Source of the DNA: Portibacter sp.
GTDB lineage: Bacteria > Bacteroidota > Bacteroidia > Chitinophagales > Saprospiraceae
Assembly (NCBI GenBank): GCA_040391315.1
Contig: JBEBYC010000011.1
Location: 46,962 to 110,961 of the forward strand
Direction: 5' to 3'
Length of the DNA: 64,000 bases
Below the pieces are notes generated by a model that saw only the letters and a program-made list of their open reading frames with translations, made no database searches and was not told the origin of the DNA. This document shows positions 9,661 through 19,876 of the stretch, piece by piece (position 1 is the stretch's first letter; each line of letters begins with the position of its first letter). The position numbers were made by a program, and so were the translations under genes.

Positions 9661-9732
9661 TTATCAGATAAATTTTATTTTAAAGATTGTCAACAAATTT
9701 TGTAAAAGTAATTATCTTGCATAAATATATCA

Positions 9733-9740
9733 CAAAAGTA
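9733..9740 (-). promoter_or_regulatory. Candidate -7 promoter box (TACTTTTG) for the PorV/PorQ-like gene
   Basis: Exact TAnnTTTG on the minus strand, about 73 nt upstream of the ATG at 9660. Confidence 0.4.
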
Positions 9741-9790
9741 ACGCCAAATATTAAATATTATTATATCCTTAACAAAAATAATATATTTTA

Positions 9791-11509
9791 ATGCAAAGTA
9801 AAACATCCAATATGACAAGAACAAATATATTATATATTTTTATAATGCTTATTTTCATATCCTGTAATTTTGAAACAACTGTCCCTTTGCCTTATTCCTC
9901 AACTAAATTTGCCGAAGCAGATAGTGCTATGGTCGTTACGGCACATCCGATAGCTAGTGACATAGGTATGGACGTACTAAAAACTGGTGGAAATGCGATT
10001 GATGCAGCTATTGCAGTTCAATTTGCATTAGCTGTTTGTTATCCTGGTGCGGGAAATATTGGCGGTGGTGGTTTTATGGTATATCTTGATGCGAATGGAC
10101 ATGCAATTACACTTGATTACCGTGAAAAAGCACCTGCCAAAGCTTTTGCGGATATGTATCTGGATCCTAACAGAAACCCAATAGACAGCTTAAGCAAATA
10201 TGGTCCTCTTGCCGCTGGTGTACCGGGAACAGTAGATGGAATGTACGAGGCATTTAATAAGTACAGCAAAATAAAGGATTGGAAGAAACTTATCCAACCA
10301 GCCATAGATTTAGCAGAATACGGCTTCCCAATCACACAGGCAGAAGCAGACAATCTGAATAAAAACCAATCCAACTTCAAAAAAAATAACCGAGCAAATA
10401 CACCATTCCAAAAAACTACATGGAAACAAGGTGACATGCTTATTCAAAAAGACCTAGCTGAGACTTTAACTCATATAGCTAATCAAGGAAGAGATGGATT
10501 TTACAGTGGGAAAACAGCGCAAAGAATTGTTGACGAAATGAAAGCAAACGGTGGTATTATGTCATTAGAGGATTTAGCGTCCTATAAATCTGTTTGGCGT
10601 GAGCCTATTAACTTTAAATATCGCAATTATCAAATTATTTCTATGCCACCACCTTCATCAGGTGGAATTGCTTTGGGTCAATTATTCAAGATGATAGAAC
10701 CCTATGATGTCAGTTCGCTACATTTTCAATCTGCGGCTGCTGTTCACCTTATGGTTGAAGCAGAAAGACGTGTTTATGCAGATCGTGCGCATTATCTAGG
10801 AGATCCCGACTTTGTCCACATACCTAAAGCGTTACTTTTAGATAGTATGTATATTGAAAATCGGATGTCCGATTTTAACCCTAGGCTAGCAAGCAAAAGT
10901 AAACATATCACACACGGAGCACAAGAAAGCGAAGAAACGACCCATTATTGTATCGTTGATCACGAAGGAAATGCTGTTTCTATGACAACAACACTCAATG
11001 GAAGTTACGGTTCGTTTACCGTAGTAAGTGGTGCAGGGTTTTTACTCAACAACGAAATGGATGATTTTTCAGTTAAACCAGGTACACCCAATATGTATGG
11101 CCTTGTAGGTGCCGAAGCGAATAAAATTGAACCAGGGAAACGCATGCTTTCATCTATGACACCAACGATAATTACAGAAAATAACAAACTAAAAATGGTC
11201 CTTGGCACACCCGGAGGCTCTACAATAATAACATCTGTTTTCCAGACGATCGTCAATGTACTTGATTTTAATATGGATATCAACGAAGCTGTTCAATCCC
11301 CACGATTCCATCATCAGTGGCTACCCGACGTGATTATGTGTGAAAAAGATGCCATTAATCCAAAAGAGCGAAAAATATTAGAAAGCATTGGTCACCATAT
11401 TCAAGATAGAACACAAATCGGACGTGTTGAGGGTATTCTTATCACACCATCTGGTAAGTTACATGGAGCAGCGGATAGAAGGGGCGATGATAGTGTTCGT
11501 GGTTATTAA
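9791..11509 (+). CDS. ggt: Gamma-glutamyltransferase (lipoprotein-type signal)
   Basis: 572 aa. It has GNIGGGGFMVY, the autoprocessing/nucleophile Thr context ESEETTHYCIVD, GTPGGSTIITSVFQ, and a lipobox-like LIFISC. The start could instead be Met8 (9812). Confidence 0.92.
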   Translation: MQSKTSNMTRTNILYIFIMLIFISCNFETTVPLPYSSTKFAEADSAMVVTAHPIASDIGMDVLKTGGNAIDAAIAVQFALAVCYPGAGNIGGGGFMVYLDANGHAITLDYREKAPAKAFADMYLDPNRNPIDSLSKYGPLAAGVPGTVDGMYEAFNKYSKIKDWKKLIQPAIDLAEYGFPITQAEADNLNKNQSNFKKNNRANTPFQKTTWKQGDMLIQKDLAETLTHIANQGRDGFYSGKTAQRIVDEMKANGGIMSLEDLASYKSVWREPINFKYRNYQIISMPPPSSGGIALGQLFKMIEPYDVSSLHFQSAAAVHLMVEAERRVYADRAHYLGDPDFVHIPKALLLDSMYIENRMSDFNPRLASKSKHITHGAQESEETTHYCIVDHEGNAVSMTTTLNGSYGSFTVVSGAGFLLNNEMDDFSVKPGTPNMYGLVGAEANKIEPGKRMLSSMTPTIITENNKLKMVLGTPGGSTIITSVFQTIVNVLDFNMDINEAVQSPRFHHQWLPDVIMCEKDAINPKERKILESIGHHIQDRTQIGRVEGILITPSGKLHGAADRRGDDSVRGY

Positions 11510-11569
11510 GTCATACTTAATTTTAGTATTAATATTAAAATAGACTCTTAAATATGACATTTATAAATT

Positions 11570-11606
11570 AAAAAAGAGGCTAAATCCGTATGATCGCCTC
11601 TTTTTT
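11570..11606. terminator. Bidirectional rho-independent terminator between convergent ggt and dodecin genes
   Basis: AAAAAGAGGC (11571-11580) pairs with GCCTCTTTTT (11596-11605) around a 15-nt loop. The A-tract on one side and T-tract on the other give a U-tail in both orientations. Confidence 0.7.
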
Positions 11607-11621
11607 ACTGCTTATGATAGT

Positions 11622-11822
11622 TTATTCAACTTCAAAACTTAATTTCATAGTCACTCTATATTCAGCAACATCACCATTTTTTATAGAAACACTCTGATCT
11701 TTAACCCATGCTGATTTTACATTTTTAATTGTTTTTGATGCCTTTTGGATACCTTTAGCAGCTGCATCTTCCCAACTTTTTTCCGAGCTAGACATAATTT
11801 CAATAACTTTTAATACAGACAT
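11622..11822 (-). CDS. Dodecin-family flavin-binding protein
   Basis: 66 aa. MSVLKVIEIMSSSEKSWEDAAAKGIQKASKTIKNVKSAWVKDQSVSIKNGDVAEYRVTMKLSFEVE matches the dodecin pattern (VxKVIEIxGSSxxSxEDAxxxAxxxAxKTxxNxxxxxVxxxxxxxxxGxxxxYxVxxKVxFxxE). Confidence 0.8.
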   Translation of the reverse strand: MSVLKVIEIMSSSEKSWEDAAAKGIQKASKTIKNVKSAWVKDQSVSIKNGDVAEYRVTMKLSFEVE

Positions 11823-11957
11823 AATCCTTTATTTTTTAAAATATTAACAATATATATATATATTTATTTAAATCCAATTACGAATAAAAAAGTTTCACAA
11901 TTGTATTAAATTTTAAATTAGTTTAAACCTAGCCTTATAAAATAGAAAAGGATAAAT

Positions 11958-14900
11958 CTATTTAATATAGATAAACTTTAAGGTAGCGTTTAGCTTTTGG
12001 TTATGAATATTGATAAAATAAATGCCAGGTGAAACGCCTTCGGGTAAATCAATTGGATATTCCATTGACCATTCAGTACAATGTATATTTCCAGAATGAC
12101 TCAAACGCCCATCTACATTGATGATTTCAAAATTTAGGATTTCACCAGTCAAATTATGCATAGCTAAAACCAATTGGTTTGAAACCGGATTATTAAGGAT
12201 TTTAATTTCCCCTTTATGAGGTGCCTCATCAATTTGTGTTAATACGACTGAACGCATTTTACTATTTTCATACAACTCAGAACGGAAATTAGCATCAAGT
12301 ATAAATCCAGAGGAAGCTTGATATGCATCAGCATGTAATTCAAACAACACATCACCTTTATTTATTGTAACAGGCGCTGCTTGATACATCATGATTTTCG
12401 CTCCATTTTCATGGACAATTTCGTCATGTTCAAAGTATAGATTTCGATTCCAATCAATTTTTGAAATTATTCCATGGTCTTGAAAATTCAATCCCAACTG
12501 TAATGCATCTAAATCTATATCTTCTGAAGCTTTAAAAATCCATTTAACACCTAAATTCGTTATTTCTTTTTCATATTGTATCACAAATGGATTAAGCGGA
12601 TTAGTTCTAGTAGCAATTTGTCCATTTCTAAAATCATCTCCCGATACTGAATAATTAACATCACCTATTTTCACGGCTACAAAATCCGCGTCAGTAATAT
12701 CATTTAATAACGATTCAGTTTTATATTCTGTATCAAAATAAAGCGGTGAATCGGGATTCTTAATACCATTTTTTGGAATCATCACCCATGAAGGTCTATT
12801 ATTGGGAAATTTATCAGTAGCCCCTAAAATCAATTTGCGAATACGAGTAAGATCAGATGCCGTAATGCTTTTAGAATCATCAATATCTGCAGCTATCATT
12901 TGATAAGGACTGGTAAATTTTTCCAATCCTAAAATATGCCTTTGAATAAAAACGATATCCATAGTCGATACTCCATCCAACGGATCTCCATCACGATATC
13001 CATCAATGCTATATGCTTTACCACGTTCTAAATTATCAAATCCGTAATTACCAACTTTGTCTACTATCACCGAACCATCTTTTTCGCTAGTTTTGTAGCG
13101 TACTTCAACACCTTTTACAACTTTATTATCTTCTGTAATAATTTTACCACCTACAAAATGCCTTGTAACAACATCCTGACATACATCGGCATTATCCTGT
13201 AGGATTAATTCCGTCGTACAATAATCCGAAAATCCATTTTGATCCGTCACAGACATTCTTAAATATACAGTATCGGCAATTCCATTTTTGAGATCATTAC
13301 AGTCAAATAGAAGCTTACTACTTTTTTTAACCGGGTCCCATTTTTGCGCTTCGCCTGATAAAAATTCATCTTCAACAGTTTCAACTCCTTCACCTTTGAA
13401 GTAATGCACTTGATTTATTTTGGATATTACAGGATTTGCACGGTCAAAAGTAAATATCAAAGCATTATAATCCGTACAATTATCATAACTGCCATTATCA
13501 AAATCTTTAGCATAAATTTCTATAGCACCGGTTACAGCATCTAGTGATTTTGTCAATGAACTGATACAATAAGGAGTTGGCTTTTTACAATCTTGAACTT
13601 TAAAAATTCTTGTACACACTGTGACATTACCACATTGATCCGATACATTCCATTTAATAGCGTGTATGCCTATTGGCACTTGACCTTCAAAACGATCTGA
13701 GTTGCCCATAAGATCAATCGATCCGTCATGATTAAGATCAACAGTGAATGACCAGATTAAATCCGATTTAGCTGTACATTCGTCATCTGCATCAGCTGTA
13801 AGAACAATTGTAGTCAAACCACAATCCTGAACATACGAACAAAAAACTGTATCCTGACATGAGGTCAGAATAACCGGGCTTTCATAATTACTTAATTTAA
13901 TCGTTTGAATATATTCATAAATACCAGCTTTGGGATTTTTTTCATCAAATTGACACCAATCCATTACTGACCAAGTTCTGAATATCTTTACGCATGCACT
14001 ATCACCTAAATAAAAATTCTGGTCCGTATATGTTGCAGCGACATTGCCACAAGCCGTATTGACGAAAGTAGGTTTTCCTGTAATATCCGGATTTGCATCC
14101 AATATTTTACAACCTTCGCCAGAATAACTAGCAGGCCAATCTATGTCATTAGCTGTAAATGGATTCGGATTTAAAATCGTAATAATCTGTCGACAGGAAT
14201 CTTTATTATTATTGCCATCAATTGCTATAAAAGTACGGTAAATATATCCGGTATGACAATGTAAATCCACCTCATAATGCGACTCAACTATCACGGTACA
14301 ATTATCCTGAGCAAGTCCATCCTTACCAACGAAACCATTATGATAAAAATTATTTATCACGATATCTTTTCTCAATAATGGATTCGTAACCACTGTACCA
14401 AAAGGCGACAAATCCGTCGGATCGAAGTTATCAGAACATTCGAGTGTGATATCAGGAGGACAGATGATCGTAGGTTTTATTTTATCCTCGACATTTACTT
14501 CTACCATACAGGTATTTTTATTTCCAGATTTATCAGTAATTTCAAAAACGACCATTTGAGTAGTTCCGATATCTTCACAGCAAAAATCAATAAAATCTCC
14601 CCATTCAGTGGATTTACCACAGGCAGCGTTCATCCTTCTGACTTTGAAATAATCGATTTCACAATTGTCAGAACTGCCATTATCAAATGAGTATGCAAAT
14701 ACTCGACCTCTACCGGTATTGTCCAATGCGACCTTAGTATGTGCACGACAAACAGGATAAGGAAGCGTTTTATCTTCAACAATTACAGTACTTGAACATT
14801 GGCTGCTATTGCCGCATTCATCCGTAGCAATGTACAATAGAGAATATTTACCTAAAGGCAATTCTTTAAAAAAGAAATTGCCTTGGATATTTATGATTTT

Positions 14901-16301
14901 ATCACTATAATTTAATCCATTTTTATCTTGTAACTGAAAGCTAAGTCCTATATTATTGCAATCAGTAACTTGAATTAAATCAGGTATTAAAATCTGGCCG
15001 GTATTACAAGTATACGGATTTGTTTCCAAACGAATTGTATCGCGACATACTAATTCAGGACCTTTCGTATCTTTAATGTAAATCAGTTGATTATTCGTTC
15101 TACTTTCCGAAGAGCACCAGTCAATGACAAACCAATTTCTAGCTATTTTAAAAGTATTTCCACATTCCTGAAATACGATATCACTATATTGATATTGTAA
15201 GTGTCCACAGTACCCTACTCCCGGAATTCCTGAAGTATCTGGTGATGGATAGCCATTGGCCAAAGTAGGAAACGTATCACCACACTCAAAAAATGGACGT
15301 TCTTTACCATCAAAATTAGCCGGAAAAGTTACCACATTCAGAGGCATACGTTTTACTATAATGGTTTGAATACAATTCGATGTATTGCCACGTTCATCTT
15401 TAGCTTTCCAATTTCGAGTTATGATTTTATCTGCAAGCCCCGTACATTCACCTTTCGTTTCTTTATCCGTAAATTCAAGCGTCACATCAGAGCATTTATC
15501 CCAATCTTTAACAATGTATTTTTGATTTACAACAGTATCCACCCATGCCCCTTTAGGAAACGGAAATCCCACACTATCTGGCAATATAGATGCGTCACAA
15601 AATATAGTATCATTTTTGCAAGCAAATATAGGCGGAAGATAATCTTCTACTAAAAAAGAACCATAACAAAAGTTTGAAGTACATTTATGGCCTAATTTAA
15701 ATGAAATTTCTTTACCTATATGTTTGTTTGTCAATGTATTATCTGGAATAAGTTTGCCATCATTCGTATAAAGTTCAATTGTATAATTAGTAAATGGTGG
15801 CATTGGATTAGACTGAATCATCGTAGCATCCACTTTTTGAGTACAAGATTCATTGAGTGCTATGGTAAAATTACTAGCGCAAAATAAAGGTGGTGCTGTC
15901 TGAAAAGTTACTTTTATTTCATCACTACCCCTTTCTTGTGGCTTTCCAACTGGAACATCAGAAAGTAACATTAAACGATAAAAGCCAAGTGCTATATCAT
16001 TGGATCCAGGAACATATTCAATTTGTTGAGTTTGGGCAGTACTATAGCGAACTGTCTGTAAATTTCCGGGCTGAAAACGACCATCACCAAAAGATATCCA
16101 GTCACCGTCGCTCACGTCACCATTAATTGTAGCTTGCAAATCTTGGATTAATAAGCTACTTCCCAAGCAATCTGTCCTGTCATTTCCAGCAAAAACATAA
16201 ATAGCAGACGGACTCGCTACCATAGTTTGCTCTAGCTGCCTTGCCCAAATGAAGCAGGCCACACTCACAAGCATTAAAAATGGAAAAATAACGTGTCTCA
16301 A
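11958..16301 (-). CDS. Giant T9SS cargo paralogue 1 (1,447 aa): short unique head, Cys-rich HYR-like chassis, dockerin-like and cohesin-like modules, T9SS CTD
   Basis: Uninterrupted 4.3-kb ORF with a TTG start at 16301 and an alternative ATG at 16274. Chassis landmarks include CYGSFLVEDYLPP, ITRNWKAKDERGNTSNCIQTIIV, IARNWFVIDWC, YIATDECGNSSQCSSTVIVEDK, IDFCCEDIG, CVKIFRTWSVMDWC, CKKPTPYC...YAKDFDNGSYDNC and VTDQNGFSDYCTTELILQDN. The tail has DGVSTMDIVFIQRHILG...AADIDDSKSITASDLTRIRKLILG and ends ...ILNNPVSNQLVLAM...GIYFINIHNQKLNATLKFIYIK. Confidence 0.85.
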   Translation of the reverse strand: MRHVIFPFLMLVSVACFIWARQLEQTMVASPSAIYVFAGNDRTDCLGSSLLIQDLQATINGDVSDGDWISFGDGRFQPGNLQTVRYSTAQTQQIEYVPGSNDIALGFYRLMLLSDVPVGKPQERGSDEIKVTFQTAPPLFCASNFTIALNESCTQKVDATMIQSNPMPPFTNYTIELYTNDGKLIPDNTLTNKHIGKEISFKLGHKCTSNFCYGSFLVEDYLPPIFACKNDTIFCDASILPDSVGFPFPKGAWVDTVVNQKYIVKDWDKCSDVTLEFTDKETKGECTGLADKIITRNWKAKDERGNTSNCIQTIIVKRMPLNVVTFPANFDGKERPFFECGDTFPTLANGYPSPDTSGIPGVGYCGHLQYQYSDIVFQECGNTFKIARNWFVIDWCSSESRTNNQLIYIKDTKGPELVCRDTIRLETNPYTCNTGQILIPDLIQVTDCNNIGLSFQLQDKNGLNYSDKIINIQGNFFFKELPLGKYSLLYIATDECGNSSQCSSTVIVEDKTLPYPVCRAHTKVALDNTGRGRVFAYSFDNGSSDNCEIDYFKVRRMNAACGKSTEWGDFIDFCCEDIGTTQMVVFEITDKSGNKNTCMVEVNVEDKIKPTIICPPDITLECSDNFDPTDLSPFGTVVTNPLLRKDIVINNFYHNGFVGKDGLAQDNCTVIVESHYEVDLHCHTGYIYRTFIAIDGNNNKDSCRQIITILNPNPFTANDIDWPASYSGEGCKILDANPDITGKPTFVNTACGNVAATYTDQNFYLGDSACVKIFRTWSVMDWCQFDEKNPKAGIYEYIQTIKLSNYESPVILTSCQDTVFCSYVQDCGLTTIVLTADADDECTAKSDLIWSFTVDLNHDGSIDLMGNSDRFEGQVPIGIHAIKWNVSDQCGNVTVCTRIFKVQDCKKPTPYCISSLTKSLDAVTGAIEIYAKDFDNGSYDNCTDYNALIFTFDRANPVISKINQVHYFKGEGVETVEDEFLSGEAQKWDPVKKSSKLLFDCNDLKNGIADTVYLRMSVTDQNGFSDYCTTELILQDNADVCQDVVTRHFVGGKIITEDNKVVKGVEVRYKTSEKDGSVIVDKVGNYGFDNLERGKAYSIDGYRDGDPLDGVSTMDIVFIQRHILGLEKFTSPYQMIAADIDDSKSITASDLTRIRKLILGATDKFPNNRPSWVMIPKNGIKNPDSPLYFDTEYKTESLLNDITDADFVAVKIGDVNYSVSGDDFRNGQIATRTNPLNPFVIQYEKEITNLGVKWIFKASEDIDLDALQLGLNFQDHGIISKIDWNRNLYFEHDEIVHENGAKIMMYQAAPVTINKGDVLFELHADAYQASSGFILDANFRSELYENSKMRSVVLTQIDEAPHKGEIKILNNPVSNQLVLAMHNLTGEILNFEIINVDGRLSHSGNIHCTEWSMEYPIDLPEGVSPGIYFINIHNQKLNATLKFIYIK
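11961..13181 (-). other. Conserved C-terminal tail cassette of paralogue 1 (CarboxypepD-reg-like, dockerin-like at about 12819-12977, cohesin-like, T9SS CTD)
   Basis: The last 407 aa starting at CQDVVTRHFVGGKIITEDNKVVKGVEV. It is collinear with the tails of the other three paralogues. Confidence 0.7.
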
Positions 16302-16469
16302 CTAAAAATGATTTAATAAATTCTAAAGATATTTCCGGAATCCCACCGTAAAACATATTATAAATTGATATAATACAATAATTATACCAAAATGGGTAAA
16401 TTAATAATAGCATTCGTTGTTAACCTATGATCAGAGACTAGCAACATTGACAATGGATAATAGTTAAAC

Positions 16470-16502
16470 AAAAAAAGCCTGACATCAAAAATGATATCAG
16501 GC
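16470..16502 (-). terminator. Rho-independent terminator after pnp
   Basis: 10-bp stem (GCCTGACATC at 16477-16486, GATATCAGGC at 16493-16502, with one G-U pair) and a 6-nt loop. On the minus strand it is followed by seven U (A-run 16470-16476 on the plus strand). Confidence 0.75.
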
Positions 16503-16530
16503 TTCTAAATTTTATACTAATATAAAGGAA

Positions 16531-18669
16531 TTAGTTTTGATCCATTGGATTGTCTAACAAAGCTTTACGAGAAAGTCTCAACTTACCAGTTTTAGGGTCA
16601 GTACCAATTATTTTGATTTTAACTTTATCACCCACTTTAAATACAGTACTCACATCTTCAATACGCTTATGGTCCACCTCAGAAACGTGAAGTAATCCAC
16701 TTTGTCCAAAGAACTTAACGAAAGCACCATAAGGCATCAATGATTCAACTTCTGCTTCATATACATCTCCGATTGAAGGCGTGAAGGCGATTCTTGCAAT
16801 AGCTTCTCTTGCCTCTTTAAGTCCATCCGCATTGGTACTTGAAATAGTTACAACACCTTTATCGCCGACTTCTTCTATATTGATAACCGTATTTGTACGC
16901 GCCTGAATTTCTTGAATAATCTTACCACCAGGTCCGATAACAGCACCAATAAATGATTTATCTATCGTCATCTCAACCATGCGAGGTGCATGTGGTTTAA
17001 GATCGTCAGCAGGTTTGCTAATTGTTTTATTCATTTCGCCGAGAATATGTAAACGGCCGGCTTTTGCCTGCATGAGTGCAGCTTCTAAAGTCTCATAGGA
17101 CAAACCATCGACTTTAATATCCATTTGACAGCCCGTAATCCCTTTTTCTGTTCCGGTTACTTTAAAATCCATATCGCCGATTGCATCTTCATCACCTAAT
17201 ATATCAGATAGAATAGCTGCTCTTGTGCCATCTGCAATCATACCCATTGCAATACCTGAAACTGGTGCTTTTATCTTGATACCACCGTCCATCAATGCCA
17301 GAGATCCTGCACAAACAGTAGCCATAGACGAACTACCATTTGACTCAAGGATATCAGATACCAATCTCACGGTATATGGTAAACCTTCCGGCATTACTTT
17401 TTTAAGAGACCTTCCGGCAAGGTTAGCGTGTCCGACCTCTCTTCTACCCGGCCCTCTATTGGGTTTTACCTCACCAACAGAAAGTCCAGGGAAATTATAA
17501 TGTAGAATAAATTTTTCATCATAATGATCCAATGCATTGTCAATCATCATTTGGTCAAGTTTCGTACCTAAAGTCAGAGAAGTTAAAGATTGTGTTTCAC
17601 CTCTATTAAAGATTGCACTACCATGTGCCGAAGGCAAGTAATCCACTTCACACCAAATAGGTCGAATATCAGTCGTTTTGCGGCCATCTAAACGGATACT
17701 AGTATCTAATACCATTTTTCGAATAATATCCTTCTTAAGCTTTTCGAATATTTTACCTATTGTACCACTATTTTCAGTCCAATACTCTCCACCAAATTGT
17801 TCAATGGCTGTAGCCTTGATATTTTCGAGGATTTCCTTAAATCCATTTTTTCTAGCAACTTTATCAAGTGCAGATGAAGCTACTTTTAACAATGGTGCAG
17901 ATGCGAGCGAAGTTACAAAAGCTTTAATTTCTGGATCAAATTCTACTTTGACTACTTCTCTTTTAATCAAAGCTTTATCACCTACTTGATTTGCAAGAGC
18001 CAGCTGAGCTTCACACTGAACTTTGATAGCTTCGTGCGCCACTTTAATTGCTTCAATAATTTCTGATTCCTGACATTCATTGGCTTCGCCTTCCACCATC
18101 ATAACATTATCAATAGTAGCTGCAACAATCAAGTCCAATGTTGCTTCTTTTAATAAGCTCCTTTCCGGATTTACTACGTATTGACGGTTGATTTTTGCTA
18201 CGCGCACTTCTGATATTGGCCCATCAAAAGGAATATCTGAGACCGCTAATGCTGCGGATGCTGCCAAAGCTGCATAACAGTCAGGCATATTGTTTTGGTC
18301 ACCTGATATTAAGTAAAGTATAATTTGTGTTTCATTTAAAAAGTCGTCCGGAAACAATGGTCTCACCGCTCTGTCAACCAATCTCGATATCAAAATTTCA
18401 TAATCTGACAATCTCGATTCTCTTCTAAAGAAGTTACCAGGGATACGACCACCCGCTGCAAATTTTTCCTGATAATCTACTGACAATGGAAAAAAGGATT
18501 GGTCAGGCTTTGCCTCCGCACTAGCTACAACCGTAGCAAGTATCATAGTGTTTTCCACTCTAACTACAACCGAACCATGTGCTTGAGTAGCTAATTTACC
18601 AGTCTCTATCGTTACTTCTTTTCCATCTGGAAGTGAAAAAGAGACTGTTGTAGGAACTATATTTCCCAT
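16531..18669 (-). CDS. pnp: Polyribonucleotide nucleotidyltransferase (PNPase)
   Basis: 712 aa with two RNase PH domains (GRIPGNFFRRE...; NGSSSMATVCAGSLALMDGG). A KH domain (IGAVIGPGGKIIQEIQ) and an S1 domain (GDVYEAEVESLMPYGAFVKF...GLLHVSE) follow. Confidence 0.97.
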   Translation of the reverse strand: MGNIVPTTVSFSLPDGKEVTIETGKLATQAHGSVVVRVENTMILATVVASAEAKPDQSFFPLSVDYQEKFAAGGRIPGNFFRRESRLSDYEILISRLVDRAVRPLFPDDFLNETQIILYLISGDQNNMPDCYAALAASAALAVSDIPFDGPISEVRVAKINRQYVVNPERSLLKEATLDLIVAATIDNVMMVEGEANECQESEIIEAIKVAHEAIKVQCEAQLALANQVGDKALIKREVVKVEFDPEIKAFVTSLASAPLLKVASSALDKVARKNGFKEILENIKATAIEQFGGEYWTENSGTIGKIFEKLKKDIIRKMVLDTSIRLDGRKTTDIRPIWCEVDYLPSAHGSAIFNRGETQSLTSLTLGTKLDQMMIDNALDHYDEKFILHYNFPGLSVGEVKPNRGPGRREVGHANLAGRSLKKVMPEGLPYTVRLVSDILESNGSSSMATVCAGSLALMDGGIKIKAPVSGIAMGMIADGTRAAILSDILGDEDAIGDMDFKVTGTEKGITGCQMDIKVDGLSYETLEAALMQAKAGRLHILGEMNKTISKPADDLKPHAPRMVEMTIDKSFIGAVIGPGGKIIQEIQARTNTVINIEEVGDKGVVTISSTNADGLKEAREAIARIAFTPSIGDVYEAEVESLMPYGAFVKFFGQSGLLHVSEVDHKRIEDVSTVFKVGDKVKIKIIGTDPKTGKLRLSRKALLDNPMDQN

Positions 18670-18821
18670 AAAATTAAAATTTAATTAAGTGTATAAAAGA
18701 TTTAACATCAAAAAGTTAATTGAGGAATTATGTGTAAAAACGTCCACAACATACATTCCAAAACATTGTCATTCAGCAATATAGAATTTGGAGGCGTAAC
18801 CCTTAATTACTAAACTTCGTG

Positions 18822-18829
18822 CAAAATTA
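18822..18829 (-). promoter_or_regulatory. Candidate -7 promoter box (TAATTTTG) for pnp, implying a leader of about 145 nt
   Basis: Exact TAnnTTTG on the minus strand, 153 nt upstream of the pnp ATG (18669) and downstream of the rpsO terminator. Confidence 0.35.
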
Positions 18830-19013
18830 AATAAAATATTCATTTAATGATGCTTTATCTATAAAAAAATATATTATAAAAAATAATAAAGTATGCAGCT
18901 AGGTTGAATTCATAAATTATAAAAAAAACGATATGAGATGTCTTCAATTATTTTTCAATATGTACAATAGCTTTTAGTTTTAGAGTATTAGAATACAAAC
19001 GCACTTTTTTAAT

Positions 19014-19043
19014 AAAAAAAAGAGGGACAGAAATCTGTCCCTC
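19014..19043 (-). terminator. Rho-independent terminator after rpsO
   Basis: Minus strand reads GAGGGACAG-AUUU-CUGUCCCUC followed by eight U. It is a perfect 9-bp GC-rich stem lying 8 nt after the rpsO stop. Confidence 0.85.
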
Positions 19044-19050
19044 TTTTGTC

Positions 19051-19326
19051 TTATTTTCTAATTCCTAATTTTTCGATTAATGCTCTATAGCCCTCGATAT
19101 TTCTATTTTGGAAGTATTTCAACAATTTTTTTCTTTTTCCTACCATTGTTAAAAGGCTTCTTTTAGAAGAATTGTCTTTTTTGTTAAGTTTTAAGTGGTC
19201 AGACAATGACTTAATTCTATGTGTAAAAATAGCGATCTGTACTTCTACAGAACCAGTGTTTGACGGTGAACCACCAAATTCAGTGATGATTTCTCTTAAT
19301 TTTTCATCTGATAAATAAACAGGCAT
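19051..19326 (-). CDS. rpsO: 30S ribosomal protein S15
   Basis: 91 aa. GSVEVQIAIFTHRIKSLSDHLKLNKKDNSSKRSLLTMVGKRKKLLKYF...YRALIEKLGIRK is canonical S15. Confidence 0.97.
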   Translation of the reverse strand: MPVYLSDEKLREIITEFGGSPSNTGSVEVQIAIFTHRIKSLSDHLKLNKKDNSSKRSLLTMVGKRKKLLKYFQNRNIEGYRALIEKLGIRK

Positions 19327-19385
19327 TTTTTAATTTTTTAATGATTACCAATGATACAAATTACTAAAATCTGTAAATAGCAGCG

Positions 19386-19393
19386 CAAAAGTA
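19386..19393 (-). promoter_or_regulatory. Candidate -7 promoter box (TACTTTTG) for rpsO
   Basis: Exact TAnnTTTG on the minus strand, 60 nt upstream of the rpsO ATG (19326). Confidence 0.45.
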
Positions 19394-19876
19394 CGTATAA
19401 AATTTATATCCGTGTAATTATTTTTACTTTTGTTTGATATTTATTTTTGGGATTAACATAAAAATAAGTAGATTATCCAAATTTTAATCCAATTTTTTCA
19501 AAATAAATTCATCAGCAAGGTTTTCGGAAATAAATTGTTTATTATATTTTTGTGTTCGTGACTACGTACTCTGTAGATAAACAATTAAAAGTAATTAGCG
19601 GTTTATTTACTTTAGTGATTTTAAACTTGTAATAACTTATGAATAATTAATTAAGATCAAAAATTGATATATTGATTTCTATTCGCAATCCTAAGTTGTA
19701 AATAAATATAAACCAATCTGACAATTGTTTTTACGATGCTTTTAGTTTCAGATTGAATTAGTACAATGACAGAAAAATTCAAGTGGGTTTTTACATCTAA
19801 GGTCTTATTTTAACAATGATCAAGGAAAGTTATTTTGAAATTTTGTATATGAAAATCAAAATAGGATTAAGACGAT

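Noticed and set aside
11851-11862. (TA)6 microsatellite downstream of paralogue 1
   Set aside because: It is short, lies in an AT-rich spacer, and has no obvious link to a promoter spacer or a coding frame. This is trivial low complexity.
16180-16413. 77-aa ORF overlapping the start of giant paralogue 1
   Set aside because: It overlaps the signal-peptide-coding region in another frame and has no recognisable motif.
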